A stretch of DNA of 64,000 nucleotides from an uncultured Eubacterium sp. (GCA_900547255.1 URGC01000001.1:308-64307); one strand, 5' to 3'. Numbered from the stretch's first letter, positions 26,994 to 39,114 are shown. The notes: a model not told the origin generated them from the letters alone. Numbers and translations: made by a program.

Positions 26994-29297
26994 ATGGCAG
27001 AAAAAATAGTACTTGAACAGGATTCGAATATTAAGACCAAGGCTGTGGAAAGACCCGTGGATACACCTGCGGATTTTACAAGCCCTGAGGAATTGTATCA
27101 GGATCTGATTGCTGAGATTAAGAAATATCATCCATCAACAGATTTGTCAGATATAGAAAAGGCGTATAAGACAGCGTACAATGCTCATCAGGGACAGAAG
27201 AGAAAGTCTGGTGAGCCATATATCATTCATCCGTTGTGTGTTGCTATTATACTTGCTGAGTTGGAGCTTGATAAGGAGACAATCATAGCAGGCCTTTTAC
27301 ATGATGTTGTAGAAGATACTGTTATGACAAGCGAGGATGTCGCAAGGGAATTTGGCGATGAGGTTGCACTGCTTGTAGATGGTGTTACTAAACTGACACA
27401 GTTAAACTACCAGCATGATAAGATTGAGGTTCAGGCTGAGAACTTAAGAAAGATGTTCCTTGCCATGGCAAAGGATATCAGGGTTATCATGATTAAGCTT
27501 GCCGACAGACTTCATAATATGAGAACAATGCAGTACCAGTCTCCAGCCAAGCAGATAGAGAAATCAAGAGAGACTATGGAGATATATGCTCCAATTGCCA
27601 ACAGGTTAGGTATATCTAAGATTAAGGTTGAACTTGATGATTTGTCGATGAAGTATCTCATGCCTGATGTATACAATGATCTTGTTGAGCAGGTTAACAT
27701 CAACAGACCGGGCAGAGAAGCATTTATTAAGAGCATAATCAAAGAAGTAGGAATGCACATCAGCAATGCCGGAATTGAGGCAGAGATTGATGGCCGCGTT
27801 AAGCATTTCTTTTCAATATACAGAAAGATGGTCAACCAGAATAAGACACTTGACCAGATATATGATATATTCGCTGTGCGAATCAAGGTTGATACAGTTA
27901 AGGATTGTTATGCAGCACTCGGTGTAATCCATGAGATGTATAAGCCAATTCCGGGACGTTTCAAGGATTATATAGCTATGCCTAAGCCTAATATGTACCA
28001 GTCTCTTCACACAACACTGATTGCATCTAACGGACAGCCATTCGAGGTTCAGATAAGAACATACGAGATGCACAGAACTGCTGAATATGGTATCGCAGCA
28101 CACTGGAAGTACAAGGAAGGCAATGGTGCCAATACTACAGCAAGTGAGGAGGCTAAGCTTAGCTGGTTAAGACAGATGCTTGAATGGCAGACAGAGATGT
28201 CTGATAACAAGGAATTCCTGTCATCAGTTAAGAGTGACCTTAATCTGTTCTCAGATAATATATATTGTTTCACACCATCAGGTGATGTCAAGAACCTTCC
28301 TGCCGGTTCATGCCCTGTCGATTTTGCTTACAGCATCCACAGTGCAGTCGGTAATAAGATGGTTGGAGCAAGAGTTAATGGCAAGCTTGTGCCTATAGAT
28401 TACCAGTTAAAGAGTGGTGACCGTGTAGATATCATCACTTCACAGAATTCCAAGGGACCTAGCAGGGACTGGCTTAACATTGTCAAGAGTACCCAGGCAA
28501 GGAATAAGATTAACCAGTGGTTTAAGCAGGAACTCAAGGAAGACAATATTATCAAGGGTAAGGAACTCATCAACAATTACTGTAAGAGTAAGGGAATTAA
28601 CTTATCTGATATCAACAAACCAGAATTTGTTGAGAAAGCTTTGAGAAAGTACGGCTTCAGAGACTGGGATTCAATGATGGCTTCAGTCGGACATGGCGGA
28701 CTTAAAGAAGGTCAGGTAGTCAACAAGCTTAACGAGGAGTACGAGAAGAAGAAAAAGGCTGATATAACTGATAAGCAGGTTATGGAAGTTGTTACAAGCT
28801 TATCTAAGGAAGACCACAAGGGCAAGGAGGCTTTATCTAAGAATAAGGGTGGTATCGTTGTCAAGGGAATCCATGATGTAGCCGTCAGATTTTCAAAATG
28901 CTGTAATCCAGTTCCAGGTGATGAGATTGTCGGATTCGTAACAAGAGGCAGAGGTGTTACAATCCACAGAACAGATTGTATTAATGTGCTTAATTTCCCA
29001 GAGAGCGAGAGAGAACGTCTTATAGATGCAGAATGGGAAGGAATCGAAGCTGGCGGAACATACGGAGCGGAGATTAATATATTTGCAGTTAACAGAACAG
29101 GTCTTATTGTTGACCTTTCACGTATTCTTACTGAATCTAATATCGAGATTAAGATGATGAACAGCCGTGTTAACAAGAAGGGTGTTGCCACTATAACACT
29201 TGGCTTTGATATACATGGCAAAGAAGAACTTAACAAGATTACCGAGAAGTTAAGAAATGTCGAAGGCGTGACAGATATAGTAAGAGCTACGGGCTGA
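26994..29297 (+). CDS. relA: Bifunctional (p)ppGpp synthetase/hydrolase
   Basis: HD, RelA/SpoT synthetase, TGS and ACT domains. A TATAAT box lies ~35 nt upstream. Confidence 0.9.
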   Translation: MAEKIVLEQDSNIKTKAVERPVDTPADFTSPEELYQDLIAEIKKYHPSTDLSDIEKAYKTAYNAHQGQKRKSGEPYIIHPLCVAIILAELELDKETIIAGLLHDVVEDTVMTSEDVAREFGDEVALLVDGVTKLTQLNYQHDKIEVQAENLRKMFLAMAKDIRVIMIKLADRLHNMRTMQYQSPAKQIEKSRETMEIYAPIANRLGISKIKVELDDLSMKYLMPDVYNDLVEQVNINRPGREAFIKSIIKEVGMHISNAGIEAEIDGRVKHFFSIYRKMVNQNKTLDQIYDIFAVRIKVDTVKDCYAALGVIHEMYKPIPGRFKDYIAMPKPNMYQSLHTTLIASNGQPFEVQIRTYEMHRTAEYGIAAHWKYKEGNGANTTASEEAKLSWLRQMLEWQTEMSDNKEFLSSVKSDLNLFSDNIYCFTPSGDVKNLPAGSCPVDFAYSIHSAVGNKMVGARVNGKLVPIDYQLKSGDRVDIITSQNSKGPSRDWLNIVKSTQARNKINQWFKQELKEDNIIKGKELINNYCKSKGINLSDINKPEFVEKALRKYGFRDWDSMMASVGHGGLKEGQVVNKLNEEYEKKKKADITDKQVMEVVTSLSKEDHKGKEALSKNKGGIVVKGIHDVAVRFSKCCNPVPGDEIVGFVTRGRGVTIHRTDCINVLNFPESERERLIDAEWEGIEAGGTYGAEINIFAVNRTGLIVDLSRILTESNIEIKMMNSRVNKKGVATITLGFDIHGKEELNKITEKLRNVEGVTDIVRATG

Positions 29298-29310
29298 TTG
29301 AGGAATATTT

Positions 29311-29943
29311 ATGAATATTGAATTAAAATATGCAGTTATAGGAAGCATAGGAACTAACTGCTACATTTTAAAGAATACACAGACAAACGAGGGAGTAATG
29401 ATAGACACTGCTGATAATTATGATGCAGCGGTGTCTTTCATTGACAGATGCAATTGTACGCTTAAAGCCATACTTTTAACGCATGGACACTACGACCACA
29501 TGACAGTGGCAAGGGATATAGCGGATAAATATGGCGTTAAGATATATGCATGTGAATACGAGAAGCATACGCTTGAAAATCCAGACATCAATCTTTCGTC
29601 TCACATGGGACGCGGCGGAATAAGCATGAGTGCGGATTACTGGATAAAAGATGGCGAGGAGCTTGATATAGCTGGAATTAAGATTCTGGCAATACACACA
29701 CCGGGTCATACAGAAGGTGGAATGTCATACTATGTTAAAGATTTATCAAGTCTGTTTTCGGGAGATACTTTATTTGCAGAATCAGTGGGAAGAACAGATT
29801 TTCCTACAGGAAGCATGAGTCAGATAGTATCTTCTGTGAAGGATAAGCTTTTCAAGCTTCCAGATGATACAATCGTATATCCGGGACATGGCGAGGGAAC
29901 TTCCATAGCGCATGAGAAGGCGTATAATCCGTTTTGTCAGTAG
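29311..29943 (+). CDS. MBL-fold metallo-hydrolase
   Basis: THGHYDH metallo-beta-lactamase motif. Confidence 0.75.
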   Translation: MNIELKYAVIGSIGTNCYILKNTQTNEGVMIDTADNYDAAVSFIDRCNCTLKAILLTHGHYDHMTVARDIADKYGVKIYACEYEKHTLENPDINLSSHMGRGGISMSADYWIKDGEELDIAGIKILAIHTPGHTEGGMSYYVKDLSSLFSGDTLFAESVGRTDFPTGSMSQIVSSVKDKLFKLPDDTIVYPGHGEGTSIAHEKAYNPFCQ

Positions 29944-29957
29944 ATATAGAGGATAAT

Positions 29958-31385
29958 ATGATATATATAGATATTGATAATCAGGCATATTATGATGATG
30001 CTGTTGTTCTGGTAAGGTCATTCTATCCAAGAACAGAAGTTGCCATGTTAAAGGCAGATTCTGCTGTTACAGAGGATGACTGCGTTATCGTGATGCCTCA
30101 CATTGATGATTCTTCAATGACTAAGAAGGATGCACACAATGAGTTTAAAAAATCATTGTATGATAAGCTGTCACAGGATACTGGTAAAACGCTTCCATGG
30201 GGATTCCTTACAGGCGTAAGGCCAAGTAAGATTGCCTATACAATGCTTGAAGAGGGCAGAAGTGACAGTGAGATTCTTGATGAGTTTACTAAGGCACATT
30301 ATGCCTCAGAAGAGAAAGCTGCGTTAGCACTTAAAGTTGCAAAGACTGAGAAGGATATATTGGAAAAGCTTGATTATAAGAACGGCTACAGCCTTTATAT
30401 AGGTATACCATTCTGTCCTACAACATGTCTTTACTGCTCATTTACTTCATATTCTGTAGCGGCATACAAGGCAAAGGTTGACACATATCTTGATGCTCTT
30501 ATCAAAGAGATGAGTTATGTATCAGAGTGTTTCAAGGGCTGCAGGCTTGACACAGTATATTTTGGCGGCGGTACACCTACAACATTGGAGCCATACCAGC
30601 TTGACAGGCTTTTAGGTGCGCTTGATGAGCTGTTTGATATGGAGCATGTGGCTGAATTTACAGTTGAGGCTGGACGTCCGGACAGCATAACGAAAGAGAA
30701 GCTTGAAGTGTTAAAGGCACATGGCGTACAGAGAATTTCCATCAATCCACAGACTATGAATGATGAAACTCTTAAGATAATCGGAAGAAGACACAGTGTT
30801 GCACAGGTTAAAGAAGCATTTAAGCTTGCAAGAGAAACAGGCTTTGATAATATCAATATGGACATAATATTAGGACTTCCGGGAGAGGATACAGATGAGG
30901 TTAAGAATACACTTGACCAGATAAAGAAACTCTCACCAGAGAGCCTTACAGTCCATTCGCTCGCGATTAAGCGTGCGGCGGCACTTAATGTATGGAGAGA
31001 CAAGTATAAGGATATGTCGCTCCTTAACAGTGATGAGATCATGTCACTTACACAGCAGTGCAGTAAAGATTTAGATATGGAGCCATATTATATGTATAGA
31101 CAGAAGAATATGGCTGGTAATTTTGAAAATGTTGGATATTCACATAAGAGTAAGGAGTGTATCTATAATATTCTCATAATGGAGGAGAAACAGACCATCG
31201 TGGCGTGCGGAGCGGGAGCTTCGACCAAGGTTGTGTTTGATAATGATGACGGAAGTGTCCGCATTGAGAGAGTTGAGAATGTTAAAGATGTAACTAATTA
31301 CTGCGAAAGAATTGACGAGATGATACAGCGCAAGAAGGATTTTTTTGATAATTGTGGGAAATGTTATGGAAGAGATTGCAGATAA
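29958..31385 (+). CDS. Radical SAM coproporphyrinogen-III oxidase family protein (HemZ-like)
   Basis: CPTTCLYCSF radical-SAM cluster motif and HemN-like architecture. RBS AGAGGA before ATG 29958. Confidence 0.7.
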   Translation: MIYIDIDNQAYYDDAVVLVRSFYPRTEVAMLKADSAVTEDDCVIVMPHIDDSSMTKKDAHNEFKKSLYDKLSQDTGKTLPWGFLTGVRPSKIAYTMLEEGRSDSEILDEFTKAHYASEEKAALALKVAKTEKDILEKLDYKNGYSLYIGIPFCPTTCLYCSFTSYSVAAYKAKVDTYLDALIKEMSYVSECFKGCRLDTVYFGGGTPTTLEPYQLDRLLGALDELFDMEHVAEFTVEAGRPDSITKEKLEVLKAHGVQRISINPQTMNDETLKIIGRRHSVAQVKEAFKLARETGFDNINMDIILGLPGEDTDEVKNTLDQIKKLSPESLTVHSLAIKRAAALNVWRDKYKDMSLLNSDEIMSLTQQCSKDLDMEPYYMYRQKNMAGNFENVGYSHKSKECIYNILIMEEKQTIVACGAGASTKVVFDNDDGSVRIERVENVKDVTNYCERIDEMIQRKKDFFDNCGKCYGRDCR

Positions 31386-31995
31386 TTATCTTACACATAT
31401 AGATAATGATTTTAAAAACTGTATTTCGCATGGAATTCTTGTGGCTAACCTTTCGTACGAGCTTGCATTAAGGCTTGGCTTGTCAAAGGAGGAGGCATAC
31501 AGAATCAAATGTGCAGGAATGGTTCATGATATCGGCAAGCTTAAACTTACAGAGTATCTGTATGGACGTAATTCAAGGGCTCTGTCAATCACTGAGATTA
31601 AGTATATGAGGACACATTCTAAGATTGGATATGACTGCATAGAGAAGATGGGATTCCCTGAGGACATCGCACAGATGGTGTTAAGGCATCATGAATGTAT
31701 GGACGGAAGCGGATACCCGGATAATCTTAAAGGTGATGAGATACCATATGGCGCAAGGATAATAAGGGTTGTAGATGCATTTGCAGCACTTATATCAGAC
31801 AGACCATACAGAAAAGCATTTGATTATGAAACGGCGATGCTTATAATGATAGATGAGATTAACACATTTGATATGTGGGTATTTTTACAGTTCCAGAGGT
31901 TTATACACGAACCTGAGGCTGTTCAAATTATTAAAAACAGTGAGATTAATCTTGATGATTTGAATATCCGTGGTATACTTGAGGTTAACGGATAA
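31345..31995 (+). CDS. HD-GYP domain phosphohydrolase
   Basis: HDIGK...HHECMDGSGYP motifs. Overlaps the upstream gene end; the start may be ATG 31366. Confidence 0.7.
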   Translation: MIIVGNVMEEIADNYLTHIDNDFKNCISHGILVANLSYELALRLGLSKEEAYRIKCAGMVHDIGKLKLTEYLYGRNSRALSITEIKYMRTHSKIGYDCIEKMGFPEDIAQMVLRHHECMDGSGYPDNLKGDEIPYGARIIRVVDAFAALISDRPYRKAFDYETAMLIMIDEINTFDMWVFLQFQRFIHEPEAVQIIKNSEINLDDLNIRGILEVNG

Positions 31996-32024
31996 AGAGA
32001 CTTTATTTAGGAGGAACAATTAAA

Positions 32025-33821
32025 ATGGCTGAAGCAATGGTAGGCTTAAAAAGAACTCACAGATGTACAGAGGTTACAACAGCAGATGTTGGACAGACAG
32101 TAACAGTTATGGGATGGGTTCAGACAAGACGTAATCTTGGAGCACTTATATTTGTTGATTTAAGAGATAGAAGTGGATTACTTCAGATAGTATTTGATGA
32201 GAATGTAATCGGTAAAGAAGGATTTGATAAGGCATACACACTCCGTAATGAGTATGTTATCGCTGTAGTTGGTAAGGTAATTAAGAGATCAGGAGCTGTT
32301 AATGCTAATTTAAAGACTGGTGAGATAGAGATAGCTGCAGAGCAGTTAAGAATTCTTTCAGAGTCTGAGACTCCTCCATTCCCAATTGAGGAGAATATCA
32401 GCACTAAGGAAGATTTAAGATTAAAGTACAGATGTCTTGACCTTAGAAGACCTGATATCCAGTCTAATATCATTATGAGAAGCAAAGTTGCAACTCTTAC
32501 AAGAGCATTCCTTGCTAACGAGGGCTTCTTAGAGATAGAGACACCTATGCTTACTAAGTCAACACCAGAGGGAGCAAGAGATTATCTTGTACCTAGCCGT
32601 ATTCATCCAGGTAAGTTCTATGCACTTCCACAGTCACCACAGCTTTTCAAGCAGATGCTTATGTGCTCTGGTTATGACAGATATATGCAGATTGCAAGAT
32701 GCTTCCGTGATGAGGATTTAAGAGCAGACAGACAGCCAGAATTTACACAGATAGATATGGAGCTTTCATTCGTTGATGTTGATGATGTTATCGATGTCAA
32801 TGAGAGACTTCTTGCATATCTTTTCAAGGAAGTACTTGGCGTTGAGGTTAAGCTTCCAATCCAGAGAATGACATGGCAGGAAGCTATGGACAGATTTGGT
32901 TCAGATAAGCCAGATTTAAGATTCGGCATGGAGTTAAAGAATATCACAGATGTAGTTAAGAACTGTGGATTTGGCGTGTTTACAGGAGCTATCGAGAATG
33001 GTGGAACTGTAAGAGGTATCAATGCCAAGGGACAGGGCGAGATGCCACGTAAGAAGATTGATGCTTTAGTCGATTTTGCAAAGGGATATGGTGCAAAGGG
33101 ACTCGCATATATAGCAATTCATCCAGATGGAACTGTGAAATCATCATTTTCTAAGTTTATGACAGAGGATGAAATGCAGGCAATAATTAAAGCAATGGAT
33201 GGAGAGAATGGAGATCTTCTCCTTTTCGCTGCTGACAGAAATAAGATTGTATGGAGTGTGCTTGGAGCATTAAGAATTGAGCTTGCTGAGCAGATGGGAC
33301 TTCTTGACAAGAATGAATACAGATTCTTATGGGTTACAGAATTCCCACAGTTCGAGTGGTCAGATGAAGAGAACAGATTTGTTGCAATGCACCACCCATT
33401 TACAATGCCTATGGATGAAGACCTTGATAAGTTAGAGTCTGATCCGGGTTCAGTAAGAGCCAAAGCATATGATATCGTTCTTAACGGAACAGAGATTGGT
33501 GGAGGAAGTGTGCGTATCCATCAGGCAGATGTCCAGTCAAGAATGTTCAAGGCACTTGGACTTACAGATGAGGTTGCCAATGAGAAGTTTGGATTCCTTC
33601 TTGATGCATTCAAGTATGGTGTTCCACCTCACGCAGGTCTTGCATATGGTCTTGACAGACTTGTAATGCTTATGGCTAAGAGAGATAGTATAAGAGACGT
33701 AATTGCTTTCCCTAAGGTTAAGGATGCATCATGTCTTCTTACTAATGCGCCAGATGTTGTTGATGCTAAGCAGCTTCATGAGCTGTCTATCAATATCGAG
33801 GAGCAGGAAACTAATAACTAA
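32025..33821 (+). CDS. aspS: Aspartate--tRNA ligase
   Basis: Class II aaRS motifs, an OB-fold N-terminus and a GAD insertion. RBS AGGAGG. Confidence 0.95.
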   Translation: MAEAMVGLKRTHRCTEVTTADVGQTVTVMGWVQTRRNLGALIFVDLRDRSGLLQIVFDENVIGKEGFDKAYTLRNEYVIAVVGKVIKRSGAVNANLKTGEIEIAAEQLRILSESETPPFPIEENISTKEDLRLKYRCLDLRRPDIQSNIIMRSKVATLTRAFLANEGFLEIETPMLTKSTPEGARDYLVPSRIHPGKFYALPQSPQLFKQMLMCSGYDRYMQIARCFRDEDLRADRQPEFTQIDMELSFVDVDDVIDVNERLLAYLFKEVLGVEVKLPIQRMTWQEAMDRFGSDKPDLRFGMELKNITDVVKNCGFGVFTGAIENGGTVRGINAKGQGEMPRKKIDALVDFAKGYGAKGLAYIAIHPDGTVKSSFSKFMTEDEMQAIIKAMDGENGDLLLFAADRNKIVWSVLGALRIELAEQMGLLDKNEYRFLWVTEFPQFEWSDEENRFVAMHHPFTMPMDEDLDKLESDPGSVRAKAYDIVLNGTEIGGGSVRIHQADVQSRMFKALGLTDEVANEKFGFLLDAFKYGVPPHAGLAYGLDRLVMLMAKRDSIRDVIAFPKVKDASCLLTNAPDVVDAKQLHELSINIEEQETNN

Positions 33822-33852
33822 CTAAATATAATGTACGAAAAGAGGTATGCTG

Positions 33853-36327
33853 ATGAATGATGAAATTAATGTACTGGATAATGTACCAGTACAGGAGAAT
33901 GGGATGAATCAGGAACAACTGCCACTTGGGGGAGATGTTACATCATCGGATAACACATATGTTGAAGATGATGCGGCATTAGATAAAGCTGGGGTAGATA
34001 ACGAGGAGTTATCAGGCAGTGATGCCAATAATACGAAGGTGAAAGGACCAAAAAAAACAAAGGTTAAGAAAGAAAAGATTAAAAAAGAAAAGCCTGTAAA
34101 GGAGAAGGCTCCTAAGAAGGAAAAGGCTCCTAAAAAGCCAGGCGGGGGAAGTCTTTTTAAATCTAAGAAGAAGGCTTCTGCCAAAGCAGAGGCTAATGCA
34201 GAATTAACAGAGCCAGTTACAGGTGATGTTGCGGCTGTAAAGAAGAATAAGAAGAATGTCAACATTAAAGATACTAAGGTAGCGGCGTATCTTAATGCAG
34301 GTGTTCCAATTAAGGTTAAGCTTATCGGAGCATTTACAATACCAGTTATATTCATAATTATTCTTGGTGTTGTTTCTTATATGTCAGCTTCTACAGCTAT
34401 CAAATCAAGCTTCACTGAGGCGTCTGGTTCAACTGTTACCCAGGTGGCAGATTACTACGACCTTGTATTTGAGAATGTAAAGAGTGTTGCGAATGATTTC
34501 GTTAACACAGAGGATGTTAAGTCTTATTATGCCGGTTCGTTTAAGAACGATGCGGTTAATGAGGCATCAATATACAGCTCAATCTCAAAATCACTTACAG
34601 TAAGTACTGCTAATAGTGCGGCAATCAAGAACATTATCGTAATTGGTAATTATGGTAAGCTTATTGCTACAGGTTCAGCAGGTAATCTTGAGACAACTGG
34701 TGAATACAACAATGTAAAGAGTGCTGCTGAAGGTAAGACTATTGATGCTTCAAGAACTGCATGGATTACATCGAGAGAGTATGTGGATACAAAGATGAAG
34801 ATACCATATGCTGTATCATTTGCAAGACAGGTTGTTAACAGCTCTGCAAGAGGTATCGGATATATGTTCGTTGACCTTGACACAGACTATGTGACAGAGA
34901 CACTTAACAATATGGATATGGGTAAGGGCAGTGTTGTAGCTCTTATTGCACCAGATGGCGGTGAGATATTCAGTTCATCAAGCAATGTTGATGGCGAGAG
35001 CGGAATTATATCTGGAACAGATTTCTATAAGAAAGCCATAGAGTCTGGCGAGAAGTCAGGAAGCACAATGGTTAAGTTCAATGGAAAGAAGAATCTTTTC
35101 ATATATGGAATAACTGATGATAATTTTGCTGTTGTGGCACTGATTCCACAGAGCACAATCGTTGCACAGGCTAATACAATCAAGTACATATCTATCGTGC
35201 TTGTGCTTGTATCATTTATAGTAGCTGTTGCTATAGCTGCATGGCTTGCCGGCAATATTGGCAATTCAACTAAGATTATCATGGAAAAGCTTGAGAAGGC
35301 AGCAAGTGGTGACCTTAGAATTGAAGTTAAAGTCAAAGGTAAAGATGAGTTTGCTTCTCTTGCCAGAAGTACTAATGATATGATTGGCAATGTAAAGCAT
35401 CTTATTGACAAGACAAAGCAGGTAACTGTAAAGGTTGATGATTCAATAGAGACAGTTACATCTAATGCGAAGGATCTTTTATCTGGAACACAAGAAATCA
35501 CTACAGCGATTGAAGAGATTGAACATGGTGTTGTACAGCAGGCAGAGGATTCAGAAGCATGCTTAAGACAGATGGACAACCTTTCTGAGAAGATTAATAT
35601 GGTTTCACAGAATTCCAATAATATTGCTGCAATTGCGGATGAGACTAATGCTATTGTTGCAAGCGGTATGGAATCTATAGACGAACTTCGTAAGAATGTA
35701 GAAAGTACAGTAGAGATAACGAGCAAGGTTATAGAAGAAATCCAAGCGTTAAAGCAGTCTTCTATGGCAATTGGCAAGATTATTGATGCAATCAACGAGA
35801 TTGCAGACCAGACAAACCTTCTTTCACTTAATGCTTCTATCGAGGCTGCGAGAGCAGGAGAGGCTGGAAGAGGATTCTCAGTTGTTGCAGATGAAATCAG
35901 AAAGCTTGCTGACCAGTCAGTGTCAAGTGTTAATGAAATCAGGGCTATTGTTGATGATATCAATGTAAAGACTAACGATACAGTTAACATAGCTAAGAAA
36001 GCTGAAGATGTAGTAGAGATACAGGGTGAGTCATTATCTAATGCCAAAGAGGTATTTGACCAGATTAAGACTAAGTTTGATTTACTTATGTCAGATCTGG
36101 ATGAGATTACTAACGGAATTGACATAATTGCAGATGCCAAGACACAGACAATTGATTCAATCCAGAGTATATCTGCGGTTTCACAGCAGACAGCCGCTGC
36201 ATCAGAGGAGGTTACAGAGACAGCCAACAGACAGCTCAAGCAAGTTGAGAAGCTTAATACTGCCGCAAGTGATCTTAATGCTAATTCAGCAGAATTGTCA
36301 GAAGCTATGAATATTTTCAAAATTTAA
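33853..36327 (+). CDS. Methyl-accepting chemotaxis protein with a ~170-aa lysine-rich N-terminal tail, Cache-like sensor, HAMP and MCP signalling domains
   Basis: RBS AAAGAGG 7 nt before ATG 33853. One TM before and one after the sensor domain. A highly conserved MCP signalling domain is at the C-terminus. Confidence 0.85.
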   Translation: MNDEINVLDNVPVQENGMNQEQLPLGGDVTSSDNTYVEDDAALDKAGVDNEELSGSDANNTKVKGPKKTKVKKEKIKKEKPVKEKAPKKEKAPKKPGGGSLFKSKKKASAKAEANAELTEPVTGDVAAVKKNKKNVNIKDTKVAAYLNAGVPIKVKLIGAFTIPVIFIIILGVVSYMSASTAIKSSFTEASGSTVTQVADYYDLVFENVKSVANDFVNTEDVKSYYAGSFKNDAVNEASIYSSISKSLTVSTANSAAIKNIIVIGNYGKLIATGSAGNLETTGEYNNVKSAAEGKTIDASRTAWITSREYVDTKMKIPYAVSFARQVVNSSARGIGYMFVDLDTDYVTETLNNMDMGKGSVVALIAPDGGEIFSSSSNVDGESGIISGTDFYKKAIESGEKSGSTMVKFNGKKNLFIYGITDDNFAVVALIPQSTIVAQANTIKYISIVLVLVSFIVAVAIAAWLAGNIGNSTKIIMEKLEKAASGDLRIEVKVKGKDEFASLARSTNDMIGNVKHLIDKTKQVTVKVDDSIETVTSNAKDLLSGTQEITTAIEEIEHGVVQQAEDSEACLRQMDNLSEKINMVSQNSNNIAAIADETNAIVASGMESIDELRKNVESTVEITSKVIEEIQALKQSSMAIGKIIDAINEIADQTNLLSLNASIEAARAGEAGRGFSVVADEIRKLADQSVSSVNEIRAIVDDINVKTNDTVNIAKKAEDVVEIQGESLSNAKEVFDQIKTKFDLLMSDLDEITNGIDIIADAKTQTIDSIQSISAVSQQTAAASEEVTETANRQLKQVEKLNTAASDLNANSAELSEAMNIFKI

Positions 36328-36413
36328 TTGACGTATTCAGATAATAATTATATGATTTATGATAGCTGTTATAATTGACAGACTATTAGAGAAAAGTAAT
36401 TTGGAGGTAGAGG

Positions 36414-37655
36414 ATGTATTCATTTGATGAAGTATTGAATTATGACCCAGAAGTTGCTAAAGCTATGGAGGACGAGCTTTCAAGACAGAGAAGCCACATC
36501 GAGCTTATTGCATCTGAGAATCTTGTAAGCAAGGCTGTTATGGCTGCCATGGGAAGCCCACTTACTAACAAGTATGCTGAAGGATACCCAGGAAAGAGAT
36601 ATTATGGCGGATGCGAATATGTAGACGTTGTTGAGACTCTTGCTATCGAGAGAGCTAAGAAGCTTTTTGGATGTGAGTATGCTAACGTTCAGCCTCATTC
36701 AGGAGCACAGGCTAACCTTGCAGCTTTCTTTGCAATGGTAGAACCAGGAGACACAGTTATGGGTATGAGCCTTGACTGTGGTGGACACCTTTCACATGGT
36801 TCTCCAGTTAATATATCTGGTAAGTACTTCAATATTGTTCCTTATGGAGTTACTGCAGAAGGCTTTATTGATTATGATGAAGTTTTAAGAATTGCTAAAG
36901 AGTGCAAGCCTAAGATGATTATTGCAGGTGCTTCTGCATATGCAAGAGTTATCGATTTTAAGAAGTTCAGAGAAATCTGTGATGAAGTTGGCGCATACCT
37001 TATGGTAGATATGGCTCATATAGCAGGTCTTGTTGCAGGTGGACAGCATCCAAGCCCAATTCCATATGCAGATGTAACAACAACAACAACACACAAGACA
37101 CTTCGTGGACCAAGAGGCGGTATGATTCTTTCATCTGCTGAGAACGCTGAGAAGTTTAAGTTCAACAAGGCTGTATTCCCAGGAATCCAGGGCGGTCCTC
37201 TTATGCATGTTATCGCTGGTAAGGCAGTATGCTTAAAGGAAGCTTTAGAGCCAGAGTTCAAGACATATGCTAAGAACATTGTTGACAATGCACAGGCTCT
37301 TTGCAATGGTCTTATGAATAGAGGCTTTGATATAGTATCAGGCGGTACAGATAACCACCTTATGCTTGTTAACCTTATAAGCAAGGGTGTTACAGGTAAG
37401 GAAGTTGAGAAGCTTCTTGATGCTGCTAACATTACATGTAATAAGAACACAATCCCTAACGATCCTGCTTCTCCATTCGTAACAAGCGGTATCAGACTTG
37501 GTACAGCAGCCGTTACAACAAGAGGATTCAACACAGCAGATATGGATGTTGTTGCAGAGGCAATTGCACTTCTTGTAGAGGATGTTGATGCTAATAAGGC
37601 AAAGGCTGTAGAGCTTGTTAAGAGTCTTACAGACAAGTATCCTTTATACGAATAA
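36414..37655 (+). CDS. glyA: Serine hydroxymethyltransferase
   Basis: Canonical SHMT sequence including the [17 protein letters not shown] site. The promoter TTGACG-17-TATGAT lies upstream. Confidence 0.95.
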   Translation: MYSFDEVLNYDPEVAKAMEDELSRQRSHIELIASENLVSKAVMAAMGSPLTNKYAEGYPGKRYYGGCEYVDVVETLAIERAKKLFGCEYANVQPHSGAQANLAAFFAMVEPGDTVMGMSLDCGGHLSHGSPVNISGKYFNIVPYGVTAEGFIDYDEVLRIAKECKPKMIIAGASAYARVIDFKKFREICDEVGAYLMVDMAHIAGLVAGGQHPSPIPYADVTTTTTHKTLRGPRGGMILSSAENAEKFKFNKAVFPGIQGGPLMHVIAGKAVCLKEALEPEFKTYAKNIVDNAQALCNGLMNRGFDIVSGGTDNHLMLVNLISKGVTGKEVEKLLDAANITCNKNTIPNDPASPFVTSGIRLGTAAVTTRGFNTADMDVVAEAIALLVEDVDANKAKAVELVKSLTDKYPLYE

Positions 37656-37716
37656 TACAATTAATAATTAAAAATATAAGCATGGGCATATTATGTATTA
37701 TTAATGTGCTCATGCT

Positions 37717-37778
37717 TCAGACTGTAGACAAAGTGGCACTAGGATTCGCATCTTAGTGCCACTTTGTCTACAGTCTGA
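37717..37778. repeat. Long perfect palindrome (25-bp stem, 12-nt loop) between convergent glyA and argG
   Basis: TCAGACTGTAGACAAAGTGGCACTA / TAGTGCCACTTTGTCTACAGTCTGA. Confidence 0.6.
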
Positions 37779-37780
37779 AA

Positions 37781-37808
37781 GGCTGTGCATTTAATGCACA
37801 GCCTTTTG
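37781..37808. terminator. Bidirectional intrinsic terminator (glyA/argG)
   Basis: GGCTGTGCATTTAATGCACAGCC followed by TTTTG. A T-tract is also present on the other strand. Confidence 0.65.
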
Positions 37809-37857
37809 AGCCTTACGGCGGGAGTTTTATGTGTTTGTTTTAATTTATGTTTATAAA

Positions 37858-39078
37858 TTAAAGGTTCTTCTCGTTTTCGTTATGCTTCATGGCTCTTACT
37901 TTTAATGAGAGACCGAAGAGGTTGATAAAGCCTTCTGCATCGTGGTGGTCGTAGAGGTCACCTGTCTTGAATGAAGCGATTGATTCATTGTAGAGTGAGT
38001 ATGGAGAAGTTGTACCGGCTTTGATGATGTTGCCTTTGTATAACTTGAACTTAACTTCACCAGTTACATATTCCTGAGTTACATCAACGAATGCCTGGAT
38101 AGCTTCACGGAGAGGTGTCTCCCACTTTCCTTCGTATACAATCTGAGCGAACTTGTTGCCAAGGTTCTGCTTAACAGCAGTTGTATCTCTGTCGAGGATT
38201 AATTCCTCAAGCTGCTGATGAGCTTCGTAGAGGATTGTTCCACCAGGAGTTTCGTATACACCACGAGACTTCATACCAACAACACGGTTCTCAACGATAT
38301 CAATGATACCGATACCATGCTTGCTTCCGAGACGGTTTAACTCACGGATGATATCAGAAACCTTCATAGTCTTGCCATTAACAGATGTAGGAACACCCTT
38401 CTCAAATGTCATAGTAACATATTCTGGCTTATCAGGAGCTTCCTCAGGTGTAACCTCAGTTACAAGAAGATGCTTGTAGTTAGGCTCGTTAGCAGGATCC
38501 TCTAATTCAAGACCTTCGTGGCTTATATGCCAGATGTTACGGTCACGACTGTAGCTTGTGTCTGTGCTGAATGGAAGATGAATACCATGCTGTCTGCAGT
38601 ATTCAATCTCATCCTCACGAGACTGGAGCTTCCACTTATCATCTCTCCAAGGAGCGATAATCTTGATATCTGGAGCAAGAGCCTTGATTGTAAGCTCAAA
38701 ACGAATCTGGTCGTTACCCTTTCCAGTAGCACCATGACAGATAGCAACGGCACCTTCCTTACGTGCAATTTCAACAAGTCTCTTAGCGATAAGAGGTCTT
38801 GCCATAGAAGTACCAAGAAGATACTTATTCTCATATACAGCATGTGCCTTAACACATGGCATGATGTAATTCTCGCAGAATTCATCAGTTATATCTTCAA
38901 TGTAGAGCTTAGAAGCACCACAAGAGATAGCTCTTTCTTCAAGTCCGTCAAGTTCTTCTTCCTGACCGCAGTCTGCACATACACAGATTACATCGTAGCC
39001 GTAGTTTTCCTTAAGCCATGGGATGATAGCAGTTGTATCAAGTCCACCTGAATAGGCTAAAACAACCTTTTCTTTCAT
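37858..39078 (-). CDS. argG: Argininosuccinate synthase
   Basis: [12 protein letters not shown] pyrophosphatase motif. ORF extends to 39114; ATG 39078 follows AGGAGG. Confidence 0.95.
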   Translation of the reverse strand: MKEKVVLAYSGGLDTTAIIPWLKENYGYDVICVCADCGQEEELDGLEERAISCGASKLYIEDITDEFCENYIMPCVKAHAVYENKYLLGTSMARPLIAKRLVEIARKEGAVAICHGATGKGNDQIRFELTIKALAPDIKIIAPWRDDKWKLQSREDEIEYCRQHGIHLPFSTDTSYSRDRNIWHISHEGLELEDPANEPNYKHLLVTEVTPEEAPDKPEYVTMTFEKGVPTSVNGKTMKVSDIIRELNRLGSKHGIGIIDIVENRVVGMKSRGVYETPGGTILYEAHQQLEELILDRDTTAVKQNLGNKFAQIVYEGKWETPLREAIQAFVDVTQEYVTGEVKFKLYKGNIIKAGTTSPYSLYNESIASFKTGDLYDHHDAEGFINLFGLSLKVRAMKHNENEKNL

Positions 39079-39114
39079 AATTCGTATTTCCTCCTGATTT
39101 ATCAGTAATTTCAT

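Noticed and set aside
31996-32024. T-box leaders upstream of aspS, pheA and glyA
   Set aside because: The aspS upstream region is only 29 nt. The pheA and glyA upstream regions lack a T-box consensus (AATTAGGGTGGNACCGCG) and a specifier/antiterminator arrangement.
33909-34355. 148-aa minus-strand ORF antisense to the Lys-rich MCP tail
   Set aside because: Low-complexity F/L-rich translation, the mirror image of the AAG/AAA-rich coding strand. No start context.
35025-36320. 431-aa ORF on the minus strand inside the MCP gene
   Set aside because: It is antisense to a strongly conserved MCP signalling domain. The translation is low-complexity Ser/Ala/Leu-rich with no RBS. This is a typical shadow ORF.
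37016-37660. 214-aa minus-strand ORF antisense to glyA
   Set aside because: glyA is unambiguous on the + strand. The antisense frame has no RBS or homology.
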